Part shown: positions 50,301 through 62,592 of the stretch, in pieces
How the letters are laid out: the number at the start of each line of letters is the position of its first letter
Numbering within the stretch: the first letter of the stretch is position 1
Source of the DNA: Azolla caroliniana
Taxonomy: Eukaryota; Plantae; Polypodiophyta
Reading direction: 5' to 3'
Assembly (NCBI GenBank): GCA_043228905.1
Contig: JBHGNT010000015.1
Coordinates: 19,468,001 to 19,532,000, forward strand
Length of the DNA stretch: 64,000 nucleotides
Made by a program: the position numbers and the translations under genes
The notes under the pieces: generated by a model
Database searches by the model: none
What the model saw: the letters and a program-made list of their open reading frames with translations, nothing else
What the model was told of the DNA's origin: nothing

Positions 50301-51778
50301 TAAAAGGAAATTCAACCTCATGACACCATGATTTGGAGAAACATGGTGTGATAAATTTAAGTGCATCTAAGAATCCTTTTAGGAGAACCACATGGAACAA
50401 CATGTGAAAGGAAAAAGATCTTTCTAGAGGAGATGGCAGCAGAAACTTCAAATTGATATTGGTTGAGAGATTGAAAGAGCTTAACCTAGAAAATCCTGTA
50501 GTAGTGATGAAGCATGTAAAATACATTGCAATGATGTATTGTGTAATTGATAGGCACAGATGTGGTGACTAAAACGCTGAGACTTTTTAACCTCTCAGAA
50601 TGTCCCTTGTGGGGATATAGAGATAAAAAAGGGAACATGGCACTTGCCTTCTATGCGAATGTAATTTTTTTTACGTTATTTGAGATGCTGTGTTCAGTTG
50701 ATTCTCCAAGGTGCATGGGATGGAGATCTGAAGTTTGTTATTTTAAATGTATGGAAGGAATTGACATTTGAACTTTGATATGTACACAGATCAACACTGA
50801 ATGCAAATATTTTATGTAACATTTGTGCAATGCCTCATGCTTAATTTCTAACAAGAGTATGTCATCGATTTTGATGCTCTGTGGTGTTTGGTCATAGCTT
50901 GAGTTGATTATTTCGACACTTCTCGATATGGATGCAGTAGATGGTGCAAGTAGTGCAACCATGCTTGCTGAGTGTGCAAACTCACCAGATGTGGCTACTA
51001 GGTATTGCTTTGCTTTCTGTTTGTACAATTGTCACCAAATATTAATTTTAATATATGTTAAGCAGTTCTGTCAGTTATTTCTTCATTCTCACTAGTTGTC
51101 TATTGGGCTGATTTTACCCTTTCTCAAAATTTATGAGAAATGCTACAACATATTATATATAATCTGTGTGCACATGATAAATCATATCCTTATCTCCTTA
51201 CAACTTACTCTGCTAGCACCATTTTATTTGTGCACATTATTTCATTCATCTAATTTATGGACTATCAAATATGTGTGTGTGTGTGTGTACATAAAGGAAT
51301 ACAAATAATTTATTATGTCAATTTCATAAAAGAAGTAATTATACTGTTGATGTTAATAAAATACTATGCTGCTTGACAGGCAAGCTTTAGCTAATGCTCT
51401 GGGGAATGCTCCATCTTTATGGGCACTAGGGAATGCTGGGATGGGAGCCTTGAAGGTATGAAAGACTTACTGTATGATTTCAAAGTGAAAGATTAGCTAA
51501 TGATTTTTCTCGTGACAGATTAGTAATAATTTCAAAGATCAAAGGCATTTTATTTAAGTTACTAGTGATGGCAATATGATCATTTTGAGCAGAGACTTAC
51601 CATGGATGTCAATCCTGGAGTTGCGGCAGCGGCATCCAAAGCATTTGAGGAGCTGAAGAAGCAATGGCAGGTGGATTCAAAAGGCAGCTTCACTTCAACA
51701 AATGAGGGATTGCTAGAGAGTTTGTATTCAAAAGAGGATAATGGTGATGATGATACTGATGATGATGATGATGGCTAG
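47353..51778 (+). CDS. AAF: Senescence-associated chloroplast protein AAF/SPA15/OSA15 homologue; exons 47353-47759, 47859-47932, 48108-48184, 48297-48368, 49522-49590, 49726-49772, 49864-49954, 50075-50143, 50898-51001, 51380-51455, 51593-51778
   Basis: Motifs RARQDVALLGSGFLKLD|ARAREDT, AAEKHWSDGALD|ADLR.AD.RAKRRAMEDA, SALAEADGIDYSDPEE|LEL, MLAECANSPDV.TR|QALANAL..APSLW.LGNAGMGAL, NP.VAAAASKA..ELKKQW. GT-AG junctions keep frame. Confidence 0.9.
48830..49090. repeat. Two-copy ~134-bp duplication in AAF intron 4
   Basis: cactatctatcatagtg...cataactctattttaactt.tagt.atcagccacattttatgtcc.tttcaaaggcagttacat occurs at ~48830 and ~48964. Confidence 0.85.
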
Positions 51779-54734
51779 GGGTGTAGAGATGGTGTGATGG
51801 TAATGGTTTGATGCTAAATATGATGACAATGATCATCATGAGATGCTAAGTAGAATGAAGGGGCGTGGTTATATCCAAAGATGTCGTCTTTCACACTCAT
51901 TAATTGATGCCAAGGTGCATTCTAGAATGGGGTTCTTCTCCGACAAAAAGAGAATGTGTCATTCAAAAAATGTATATTAATCCTAATATGAAAGTTTTTA
52001 ATGAAGTTTGTCTCTTGTGTCTTGTCTCTTATGCATAGCTCGGAGAATGATGCAGCTGGGTAGTAGTAGGATGTGTATTTCGATGGAAAGCTTTTTACAT
52101 GTTTTTCCAAGCCGAATGGCTGCCTCAGGTAAGAAGTTGATTGCTTTCGAGAATGTGAGATCCGATCCAGAAAAAAAGATGTCAAGCAAAATGTTATTGT
52201 GAAATCCTTAACATGAAACCTAAAACTGATTTGAGAGCGAGTTGGAAATTGGGAGACATGAGATCAAGATATCAACTTAGTCTTAAAGCTTAATTACATG
52301 AAACTTGGGGAATGGACCTTGCACCTACGAGTCAGCGTATAATGATATAGCATTGACAATTGAGCCCAATTGGTTCAATTGGATCAAAATATTAAACACA
52401 AAGAAAAGGTTTACTGTATTGGGAGGGCGGATGAATTATTAGATGGGAAATTAGTGGGACATGATCAAGCATTTTCCTAATATAATCTAGATGTAAACTT
52501 TTTCTCTATAAAGTTGGAAAGTGAACTTTTGTAGCCAAATCTCAAGATGGAAACTAGGATTGATGCAATGCGGAAGCAATGAATGCCAACTGTTACCAAC
52601 GAATTGTTTCTAAACGTCTCCATGTTGGGCTTGACTTTACAAAGAATGATGAAAATGGAAGAGATCACTAACGACAACTAGAGTACTCAATAGTATCTAA
52701 TATGTGAATAATTCATTGTTATTTGATGATCAAGAGTGGCATTATACAAAGCACTCAATATGGAGTCATTATTTGTGACCCATGATATGTCAATATTGTC
52801 AATGACAATGAAAAAAATGACAAGTGAAACCAAATGTCAAGTGTCCAAATATTGAGGGGTTGATGGGAAGAAAACATGGATATGTATGTCTTGCCACCCA
52901 ACCAAATCCGTATGCCAGATGTTTTGGTTTCAGGAATACAAGCACTTGGCCACCCATGTAAATTAGTGCCACTAATCTTGAAGATGACAACTTCAATCAT
53001 TTGGGAAATGTTTCATTCCCATGTTTTAAAAAAAATAGCACAAAATACTTCCATGCTTCTCTCCCAATTAGATCCGAATATTGCTTCCTCACATTGTTGT
53101 TTGTCGATTAAACAAAAACTAGTGCCTAGGCTTCATGTCACTAATGAAAAACATTTCTCAAAACAATTTTTTTCATTCTTTTATCTATCATGGTTATGAT
53201 CAGAAATTGATGACGGAATCGTCTAACATGTGATGCAATAACTCCCCTTGGAATTATGGCAACATGTTGCATATTGCATACTGCATACGTCAAAGACATT
53301 TAGTTTATGCATATGTTGGTGCAATATCCATATACATTTATTTCCATTCAATTTATAAAAGCATTGCAATTGAAGAGTAGCATGAGCCATTAGCTCATTA
53401 ATATTACTTAGCATTAGGCAAATAAAAAACTTAGTATTAGCTTCTAGCTTGTGATACAAACAATGTGTTTCAATTCATGAATCACTTCACTCCATATTGT
53501 GCAAGGAGACACCTTTGTCTCTATTCCAAAAATGAGACTTAATCATCATACACTCCCCCTTCCGAGATGAAACTTCTATATACTTTTCCAAGATATGATA
53601 GTGTATAATAACTTTCTTATAGTTAGCCTCAACAATGGAAAGTTGGAATTGGGTGTTATTTCCCTAATGATGGATGATTGCCCATTTTATATGGGTCCTA
53701 CTAATGGAGTTCCCTCATATTGTAATTATCCTTATTGGAGTGAGATAGGTATGTCATGACCCCAGATACCTTGAATGCCTTTTCATCTCGTCATTGTTGA
53801 AAATAGAAGATTTATTTTGTGAGAAAAAAGTTCCCACTTCTTTGCACAATCTAACCTACATATCTTGTAACTCAATATATCATCATTTTGTGTATTTATC
53901 GAAGCTAACATCTTACTCGGGTGTTCTTCTTAATAACCACCTAGAGGTTGGTGTGTGAGAACATAACACAATCTGCATTTGTTGGCGAGACGAGAAAAAG
54001 TGAGTTTCAATGACTCTTGAATGACTCACACATGGAATAAATACGGAATCATATTCTAATTTTACTATACAATTTAATCACATTCACAAAAGGAGATCTT
54101 ACACAATCATGAAAGGACGAGAAATCAGCAATACAAACTAGCTTTTCTTACTCTTCTCAATTACTTACAAGCTTTAAGTTAATTACAATAATTAGGTTTA
54201 GGTGCTTCAAACAAAGAAAGTGATGAAGGAGAAACACAAAGTATTAAATTTATCCCTAGGGTATCAAAATGTGTGAGGAGAGGGCACATATGATTGTTTC
54301 AACGAGGGTGATGAGAGAATTTTGGTGCATGGCCAATCACGATGAGGTAGGCAACCAAAATTGAGTGTTCTCCTAAAAGTTTGGTGACTCTTCATGGTAG
54401 TTTATATACCACGTATGTTTTGACGTCATCTAGTGTGCACTTGTGGCCCTTCACATAAAATAAAACATTTTTTTTTTTTGTTCTAGGGTTTTGTAGGAAT
54501 TCATAAGGCTACATTGGAGTGACTTTGCTTTGATTCAGTTCGCGCATATTTGGTAAGCAAACATTGTGTATTTCCTTTATGCCATCCATTGGCAAACATT
54601 AGCTATTTTGCCCACTTTGCATGAACTTGAGAGTGGAGATGGATCTCAAATTGAGCATTTTAGTATTTTGGGCCACCATCTTCATGTTTGGGGAGTCCTA
54701 GTGGTTTGGGATACTGTTAATGGTCCTCATGGAC

Positions 54735-54960
54735 AATTGAGTTGCTAACCAAGTTGAAGTGAAGTATGGTTGCATGTTATTGATGTCTAGAAATCAACAT
54801 TTCTAACTTTGGCCAATTGAGTTGTCAACCAAGTTGAAGTGAGGTATGGTTGTGTGGGTGTTTGGTGTTCATGAACTTTTCCACATTCCACATTCCACAT
54901 TTCTAACATTTACCTCTAGAGTTGCTAGCCAAGTTGAAATGAAGTGAGGTTGCTCATGTT
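54735..54960. repeat. Three degenerate copies of a short motif
   Basis: gagttgctaaccaagttgaagtgaagtatggttg-like sequence at ~54739, ~54819 and ~54919. Confidence 0.7.
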
Positions 54961-55404
54961 TGGTGTCCATAGACTTTGATTAGCACTAGGTTTAGTTGTT
55001 TTGGCCAAAGATGTAGCTCTTTATTTAAGGCCTTCAGTTTGAGGATCATGACCTCTCGGATATGCATGGGGTTTTATATGTTTAACTTTGACGAACTCTT
55101 CCCAACAAAAGGGGATTTGGATGTATTAGGGAATCATTGCACATTTAACTCAAAGTTTTCATTTAAATCTATATTTTCAGACCACCTTCCAAGTCCATGA
55201 TTAAGTTTTTGAGGGTGGGCATTAGTACAAGTGTGCTTTGTGTACTTTCTAGGGCCTTCTTCTAAACCCCAAAACCAAACTCCATGAATCTATTAAGGAA
55301 CATATTTAAAATTAGGGAAGCTTGATTTGTAGGGTACACATGTGGGAATTGTACATGAAAATTAGAGACAATGGGAGCCATTTGACTTGAATTGTGCTTA
55401 GGGT

Positions 55405-55407
<3 letters not shown>

Positions 55408-55464
<57 letters not shown>
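55408..55464. repeat. (GA)n microsatellite
   Basis: Long ga run. Confidence 0.95.
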
Positions 55465-55467
<3 letters not shown>

Positions 55468-55619
55468 TGTGTAATGTTTCATGGAGGAGTAACACAACCT
55501 ATTTCTATTCGGAGATCAATTAGACAAGGATGCCCGATTAATTCTTTACTATTCACTATTGTGACACACCTATTCTTGTTAAACTATACAATATGCTATG
55601 GAGAAAGAATTGCTTGAAC

Positions 55620-57270
55620 TAAGGTTGCTATTCAAGGAAGCCATGTACTATATCATATTTTTGGCACCTAATTGAGAAAATATTAGTAAAACAAGAGATG
55701 TGTGGGAATTGTTTTCAAATGCTTCAGGACAGAGAATTAAATACATAAATCTGTCCTCATTTCATGTACAAATTAAGATGTATTAGGGTTGGGGTGGTTA
55801 GGAAGGATAGTAAATTGTGGTATGATTTGTTGTCACCTTGGATATCCAATTAGGGTGGAAGTTTCAAATACGAAACTTAATGAGTGTGTATCTAAAAAGT
55901 TAGAGGATAAGTTTTTATGTTGGAGGTCTCAATTCTAGCCTTTTCATGTACAATTTAAGGTGGTCCAATCCATTATAGTCTCAATGGTGTCTTATTATCT
56001 TCCTTTGCTACCATGGTCGAAGAAATCTCTTGAAATGGTGTCACACTCAATGCGGATGTTAATCTTGAAGAGAAAGGTGTCATGTTGTGCTTGACATGGG
56101 ATCATGTTTGTACTTTGAAGCCGCTTGGTGGGAGATCAATATTGAATTTATATGAGGATATGGTGGCTTGTTAATTTACTTTCATTCGATTTATGTTTGA
56201 CGGTGTACAACCTTGGATAGAAATGGTGGCATAATTTATAAATAAGATAGAAATTAAGCTCGGAAACATGATGGTTAAAGTTAATTGGTGGAATGTCATT
56301 AATTTTGAAAGGAATGTCAAATGTGCAAGGTTTCTGATAGTTAATCATTTGTTGACATCTTGGCAAAATATGTTGGATTCATCCCCTACAAGAAAGGGGA
56401 TGTGCCAATTCATTACAAATGGAGGTTTTGGTGGCATCAAGATTGTTGAGATAGGAAGGTAAACAACTTCTTAACCTTGAATTTAATTGGATGGATGGAT
56501 TGGGTTTGGTAACAGTCAAGGATGCTATGTTGGTGTCACAAAGAAGATTAAAGGCTTTTTGAACAACAAGATCAACATTTCGTATTCCAAAAGGTTGTAC
56601 CTTTCTTTGGGATAAGCTGCAAGAATTACTACCATCATATGAGCCAATTCATGATTTCGATGGGGGATTTCAAGAGCTTCATTGGATGTTTGTTGGAAAT
56701 AGGAGGTTGACTATGTCAATTTCAACAAACAATATTTATCATAAGTTGATTGACAAACATAAGTGGATAGAAGAAAGGGTTATTAAGATATGGGGTTTTC
56801 ATAAGCCCATTACCTCGTGGTTACATGTGATCAAAGGCAAGTTGGTTTTTTGGATTAATCCTATGAGCTAAGGTATTCATTTGAAGAGTTATGGTTGGAG
56901 TTTACCTTTGGGGGATGCATTAAAAAAACGAAACATTGTTAGAGGAATGTGTATCTTTTGTTCGGTGGAATTGGAACATATTAGGCATCGATTTCTTTTA
57001 TGCCTTATGGCTAGGATGGTTTGGAGGTGTATCAATTTAGTGAGGAGGTCTCTAACTGGAATAAGCATATCTTCCTTCAATTGGGTTTTTGCACATATGG
57101 AGAACAATGAACCTATGCCTCATTTCCAAAGTATTTTTGAGTTCTTGAGGTATTGGGGCCTATGGTTCAATTTGAATATGATTCACTAGTTGGGATCAGA
57201 ATATATGTTGTAAAGTTAAAATGATTTCTTTTGTGGCAATTGAGAGTGCTACAGACGTCACGAAATATCA
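55620..57270 (+). mobile_element. Decayed L1-type LINE ORF2 3' half (RT C-terminus and zf-RVT)
   Basis: Fragments FSNASGQRI, HLGYPI, KKLEDKFLCWR, VVQSIIVSMVSYYL, WDHVCTLKPLGG..I and LPLGDALKKR...CIFCSVELEHIRHRFLLCLMARMVW (zf-RVT). Multiple stops and frameshifts. Confidence 0.75.
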
Positions 57271-57326
57271 ACCATGGAGAGAGAGAGAGAGAGAGAGAAC
57301 TCACTCTACAAGGTCATATATCATCA

Positions 57327-60300
57327 TGTTAAGGATTAGGTAATTAATTAAGGAGTAATTATTACCTAATTATGTGATTAAGTTAAGTGATTACGTAGCA
57401 GAAGATTAAGTGATATGTGCGTGTACGTGTGCGTGAGAAGAAGAGAGAGAGAAGTACACTTATGAACACAAAACAAGATGGGGGATGATAAAGTATATTA
57501 AAAGGTAAATATCATCAACTATCATCAAATACAAAAATACCCACAATGAGGTATATATACATCTCATGTGCAAAGGTGCACATGTGTGAGTAGAATATAG
57601 GTACTAATGTGTAAGTCCTATATTAAATGTACTTAGGAGTGGAGGATCTAGAATATCCCACTTAAGTACAAGGTCCTATTTAAGGCGTTATAGTCAACAC
57701 TTCTAACTAGATTCTATCTAGGTAACTACGAAGTTACATTGTTAACGAACTAACTAAACTAAATTGAGCTTGATATCTCAACACGCCCCCTCAAGCTCAA
57801 GTGTGAGGCGTCCGACATCCGCTTTGGCTTTTGTCGGCTTCATGTGCTTCCGTCCGGCCTTCGGCTTTCCTCGTTGTGGCAATCTCGGTTCTTCCCCCTC
57901 AAGCCGGTGACGAAGGCTTTTAGTGTGTGGGTGAAGGTCGACTACTTCCACCCATCGTGGGTGACGAGCCGCTTTGGTGGAGCTCTTGGGCTCTTGTTTG
58001 ACAGCTACCTTCATCGCGAAGGCATAGTGATGGGCCATATACTCGTTGTAGCCGAGCCGCGTGACGGGGTTCTTAGCTCTAGATGAGCGTCAAAGCTTTT
58101 CGCTCGCCGATGTGAGCGCCTTCGTTACTCCGGGTGTCCGCATGATGGGTACTCCGAACTCACTATCTAGTGAGGGAGCCGATCCATCTGAATCATTGTC
58201 GTCGGGGTGATCGACTTCGTATTTGGGCATCTTACCTTTGCCTTTGTCCAAGTTCGTACTTGGCCGCGACGTGCTTGGGTCGCGTGAAGATTCTTGTGGG
58301 CCACTAAGCTTGGTCGTAACCGGACTTTCTTCGCTCATATGCGCGAGTTGATCTTCGGCTTCTACCTCTTGTTCGGCGGATTCCGGGTCGAGCGGAGTCG
58401 GAGTCGAAGTTGTCTTTGGTGCGTACTAGGATGCAGACTTGTCGAAGACTACAGCTCGACTTACCCGAACCGCTTGGGTAGAAGGGTTGTAACACTTGTA
58501 CGCCTTCTTCTCGGACGAGTATCCTATGAGGATACATTCCTCCGACTTTGCGTTGGGCTTCTGTCGTTGTTCGTTCGGGATGCGTACATTCGCAATGTTT
58601 CCGAACACCTTGAGATGTGACAGGATCGGCTTCCTTCCGACGAGGAGCTCGTATGGAGTTAGCTCATGAACTCCATTGGTGGTGTACCGGTTGATGAGAT
58701 AGACGGCCGTGGATACTACTTCGGCCCAATAGAAATTCGGCATGTGCTTCAAATGCATCATGGCACATGCTACCTCGACTATTTGCCGATTCTTCCTTTG
58801 GGCTACTCCATTTTGTTGGGGTGTGTGTCGGCACGAGAATTCTCTACGAATGTCTTCACTTTGGAGGTAGGAGGTGAATTCATCGGAGAAGTACTCCTTT
58901 CGTCCATCCAATCGTAGGCATCGAATGTGCCGACCGGTTTCTTTTTCGACTTGCCCCTTGAGCTTTTGGAAGTGGGAGAACACTTTGCTCTTCTTCTTTA
59001 TCGGGTAGATTCACGCGTAGCGCGAGTAGTCGTCGATGAAAGTTACGTAGTATCAGCATTCGCCGATCGTCGGCGTTTGAGCCGGTCCCCATACATCCGA
59101 GTGTACGACGTCGAGGAGGCCTTTGCTTGTGGAGCTCTCCTTCGTGAATGGGAGTCGATGTTGTTTGCCGAGTTGACACGCTTCGCATACTCGGTCGACT
59201 CGTTTCGACTCGAATGTCGGAAGTCCGATGACGACTCCCTTGGTTTGCATCGCTTGAAGCCGTTAGAGGTTTATGTGGGCCAGGCCGATTCTCTTGTACC
59301 ACAACTCGATGCTTGTCTCGGTTTTGAGACCTTTGGCGTACATTGCCGATTTCACCTCATTTGAATCGAGGATGAACATTCGGCCGTCTCTCCGCCCCTT
59401 TGCTATGAGTCGGCCATCTTTCTCAATGAAGCATCCTTCTTTGTTGAAGCAAACTTCCATTCCTTGCTCCACGATTTGGCCTACCGAGACCAAATTCTTC
59501 GTTATCGTGGGCACATGCAAGACATTCTTGATGCAAGTTTGCTTGCATTCTTTCCCGAATGGGACATTGCCAATGTGCCGAATGGGGTGCGTGGTGTCGT
59601 CTCCCGTCTATATGAAGCTGGGTCGATCCGGCGTTCGTAAATCACGAAACCACTCTTCGTGAGATGTCATGTGATGTGAGGCGTCGGAATCGACGAACTA
59701 CACATCTTCCGAAATTGAGGTGCTTGCGGAGTCGTAGGTTGTCATAGAGTTCGCTCTATGCCTCATTACGAATAGTCCGTTGTAATCATCGTATTCAGAG
59801 TTGACAGCGTAATTCGTGTGTTGTTGACTTGTGGAAGCCGACTCACTTCTTCTTTTTCGGCATTCCTCCTCGCGGTGGCCGATTTTACCACAATAGTTGC
59901 AAGTTGCAGGCCTCATTTGCCGACCATGTTCGGCGTGGAAGCTCTCCCTTCTTCCGAAGGTTCCTCGATGGCTTCCGTGAAGGTTTAAGTTCCTTTCGTG
60001 TGATGGGTCGAATTGACCTCTTCTACCACTATGACCTTCTCCTCGGCCACCGTTCGAATTCTAGAAGAACATTTGTCTTTCCGGTGTCTTGGTTTTGGTT
60101 CGGACGTGGTTCTCTTCGACTAATAGCATTGATTGGAGGTTGAAGAATGAAGGAGGGTTTTCTCTCGCCAAGATTGCCGTCTGTAGTGGATGAAATCGTT
60201 GTGTGAGGCCGCCCAAGCATACTTGAACCATCTCGTCTTCGTCGACGTTTATGTTGATGGAGCCAAGCGAGTCACAAATGCTCTTGATTTTGGTAGTGTA

Positions 60301-61284
60301 GTCCGACACGGACATGTCTTTTTGCCGAATGTTATTCAACTCTTGCCGGAGTTGAAGTTTGCGGGCGGTCGTGTTGGCGGCGAACATTTTCTTTATGTTC
60401 TCCCATGCCTCTTTAGGCGTCTTGGTGTCTCGAATGTGGCTAAGCATATGGTCGTGGACACATGTTGCCAAACAATACATTACCCGACTCGCTCCTTGCT
60501 CCCACGTTGGGTAGTTGGCGTTTGTGTTGTCGGGCTTGTTCTTGAGTGCGCCGTTGATGTAGCTCTAATACCCTTGGCCGACAAGGTATTGGGTCATCTT
60601 GTACTCCCAAGATGAATAATTGCTCCGGTCTAGCTTTTCGCTAGGGAGCGAGCTACCCATTTGTGTGTTCATGTTGTTTTGTGTCTTCCTTGTTGGCTCT
60701 TCTTTTTTCGATCACGTACTTGTGCTACGTAGCGACACTATGGTAGCGGATGACCGGAATTTGTCGTCGGCGTTTCGAACACACAATCATGGAGTCGGGT
60801 GGGCTTAGTGGATTTTCTAAACCACACACTCTAATACCATGTTAAGGATTAGGTAATTAATTAAGGAATAATTATTACCTAATTATGTGATTAAGTTAAA
60901 CGATTACGTAGCAGAAGATTAAGTCATATGTGCGTGTACGTGTGCGTGAGAAGAAGAGAGAGAGAAGTACACTTATGAACACAAAATAAGATGATGGATG
61001 ATAAAGTATATTAAAAGGTAAATATCATCAACTATCATCAAATACAAAAATACCCACAATGAGGTATATATACATCTCATGTGCAAAGGTGCACATGTGT
61101 GAGTAGAATATATGTACTAATGTGTAAGTCCTATATTAAATGTACTTAGGAGTGGAGGATCTAGAATATCCCATTTAAGTACAAGGTCCTATTTAAGGCG
61201 TTATAGTCAACACTTCTAACTAGATTCTATCTAGGTAACTACGAAGTTACATTGTTAATGAACTAACTAAACTAAATTGAACTT
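57327..61284 (-). mobile_element. Non-autonomous Ty1/copia derivative (gag-protease-integrase pseudogene, RT/RNase H deleted)
   Basis: 3' LTR 57327-57783 and 5' LTR 60840-~61284, which lacks its outer ~12 bp. Degenerate Met PBS (tggtattagagt on minus, 60828-60839) and PPT gagggggcg (57784-57792). Gag from ATG 60660 (LDRSNYSSWEYKM, TPKEAWE, CNYCGKIGHREEEC); FVDSDASHH protease; VHSDVWGP and TPQQNGVA integrase. Stops and frameshifts present. Confidence 0.92.
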
Positions 61285-61339
61285 AAGCTAAAGAGTTCTA
61301 GTAAAAAAACATGTTCTATAAGGAAATGACTTTATACTA

Positions 61340-62480
61340 GGCCTAGTTTCAGTTCCATCCAAGTCTCTCGAAAAGAAGTGGCAAGTCAAAGGGTTTCGAT
61401 GTAGATGTGACCCGTGGTCCCAATGTAAAAAGTACCCCATCTATAGCTTCTAGGTGGCGTAGCTTACGTTCCCTTATCTTCTTAATTGTTTCTACTCCAC
61501 GTTGAGTTGCTTTGAAGTTCGGCATCCGAGGGCATTTGGTTGTTCTTTGCATTTCTGCTTCATCAAGAGAGAGGCTGAGTGGTGTAGGTGTGTCCACATT
61601 CATCGTCTCCCCTTGTTCTTGAAAAGTTACATTAGTTACACGTTGGGGAATATTAAAATGGTTATGGTTAACACTTTGTAGTTTATTCTCCCTATGTTGT
61701 TTTAGCTCTAAGAGATACCTACCTAGTCTCTTTATATCCGAGGGCGTTTGGTTGTTCTTTGCATTTCTGCTTCATCAAGAGAGAGGCTGAGTGGTGTAGG
61801 TGTGTCCACATTCATCGTCTCCCCTTGTTCTTGAAAAGTTACATTAGTTACACGTTGGGGAATATTAAAATGGTTATAGTTAACACTTTGTAGTTTATTC
61901 TCCCTATGTTGTTTTAGCTCTAAGAGATACCTACCTAGTCTCTTTATATTCGAGGGCGTTTGGTTGTTCTTTGCATTTCTGCTTCATCAAGACAAAGGTT
62001 GAGTGGTGTAGGTGTGTCCACATTCATCGTCTCCCCTTGTTCTTGAAAAGTTACATTAGTTACATGTTGGGGAATATTAAAATGGTTATGGTTAACACTT
62101 TGTAGTTTATTCTCCCTATGTTGTTTTACCTCTAAGATATACCTACCTAGTCTCTTTATATATGGGGTATCTAATAGTTTGGAGAGGGTGGAAGAGGGTC
62201 CTAGTATGTCTTGTTATTTCGCCCTTATCTCGGCATAAGTTGGACACTTGCATGTAAAGTGATACTCATCCTCTATCTCTATGTGACATAACCTACATAG
62301 CCTTTCATCTTTAGGGACTCTATTAGCACGACCATTCTCAGTCTCAAGTTGGTGAGATGATATCCTAAGTTCTCCAATGGCCACCCTTAGTGCATTTGGT
62401 AAGAATGTATCTAGGTATTTTGATCGTGTAATAAAACCTAAATTAGAGAAGTGCATGAAGTGTTCCGTATAGTACAACAT
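61340..62480 (-). mobile_element. 5'-truncated LINE remnant (ORF2 C-terminus), including the 212-bp triplication
   Basis: IGELRISSHQLETENGR...ERLCRLCHIEIEDEYHFTCKCPTYAEIRAK is the C-terminal zinc-binding domain of non-L1 LINEs. The reading frame continues past a stop into the repeat unit. Confidence 0.7.
61528..62161. repeat. Three-copy 212-bp tandem repeat
   Basis: Units start gagggc.tttggttgttctttgc at 61528, 61740 and 61952 and are nearly identical. Confidence 0.95.
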
Positions 62481-62506
62481 TTTAGATGGAGAGAGAGACT
62501 GAGGCC

Positions 62507-62592
62507 TAGATGGATGTAGCTCAATTGGTAAGGTTGCACAATGGAGAACGGGAGGTCATGGGTTCAACCCCTACAGTCTACAGTGGCATCTA
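62507..62592 (+). mobile_element. tRNA-derived SINE-like head or tRNA pseudogene
   Basis: Pol III A box tagctcaattgg (62517-62528) and B box ggttcaaccc (62561-62570) at tRNA-like spacing. No clean anticodon arm. Confidence 0.55.

Noticed and set aside
52700-54100. Possible CACTA transposase relic on the minus strand (YLGH-like and VFDV-like fragments)
   Set aside because: Motif matches are too short and degenerate, and no CACTA termini were found; it needs a tBLASTn/DANTE search.
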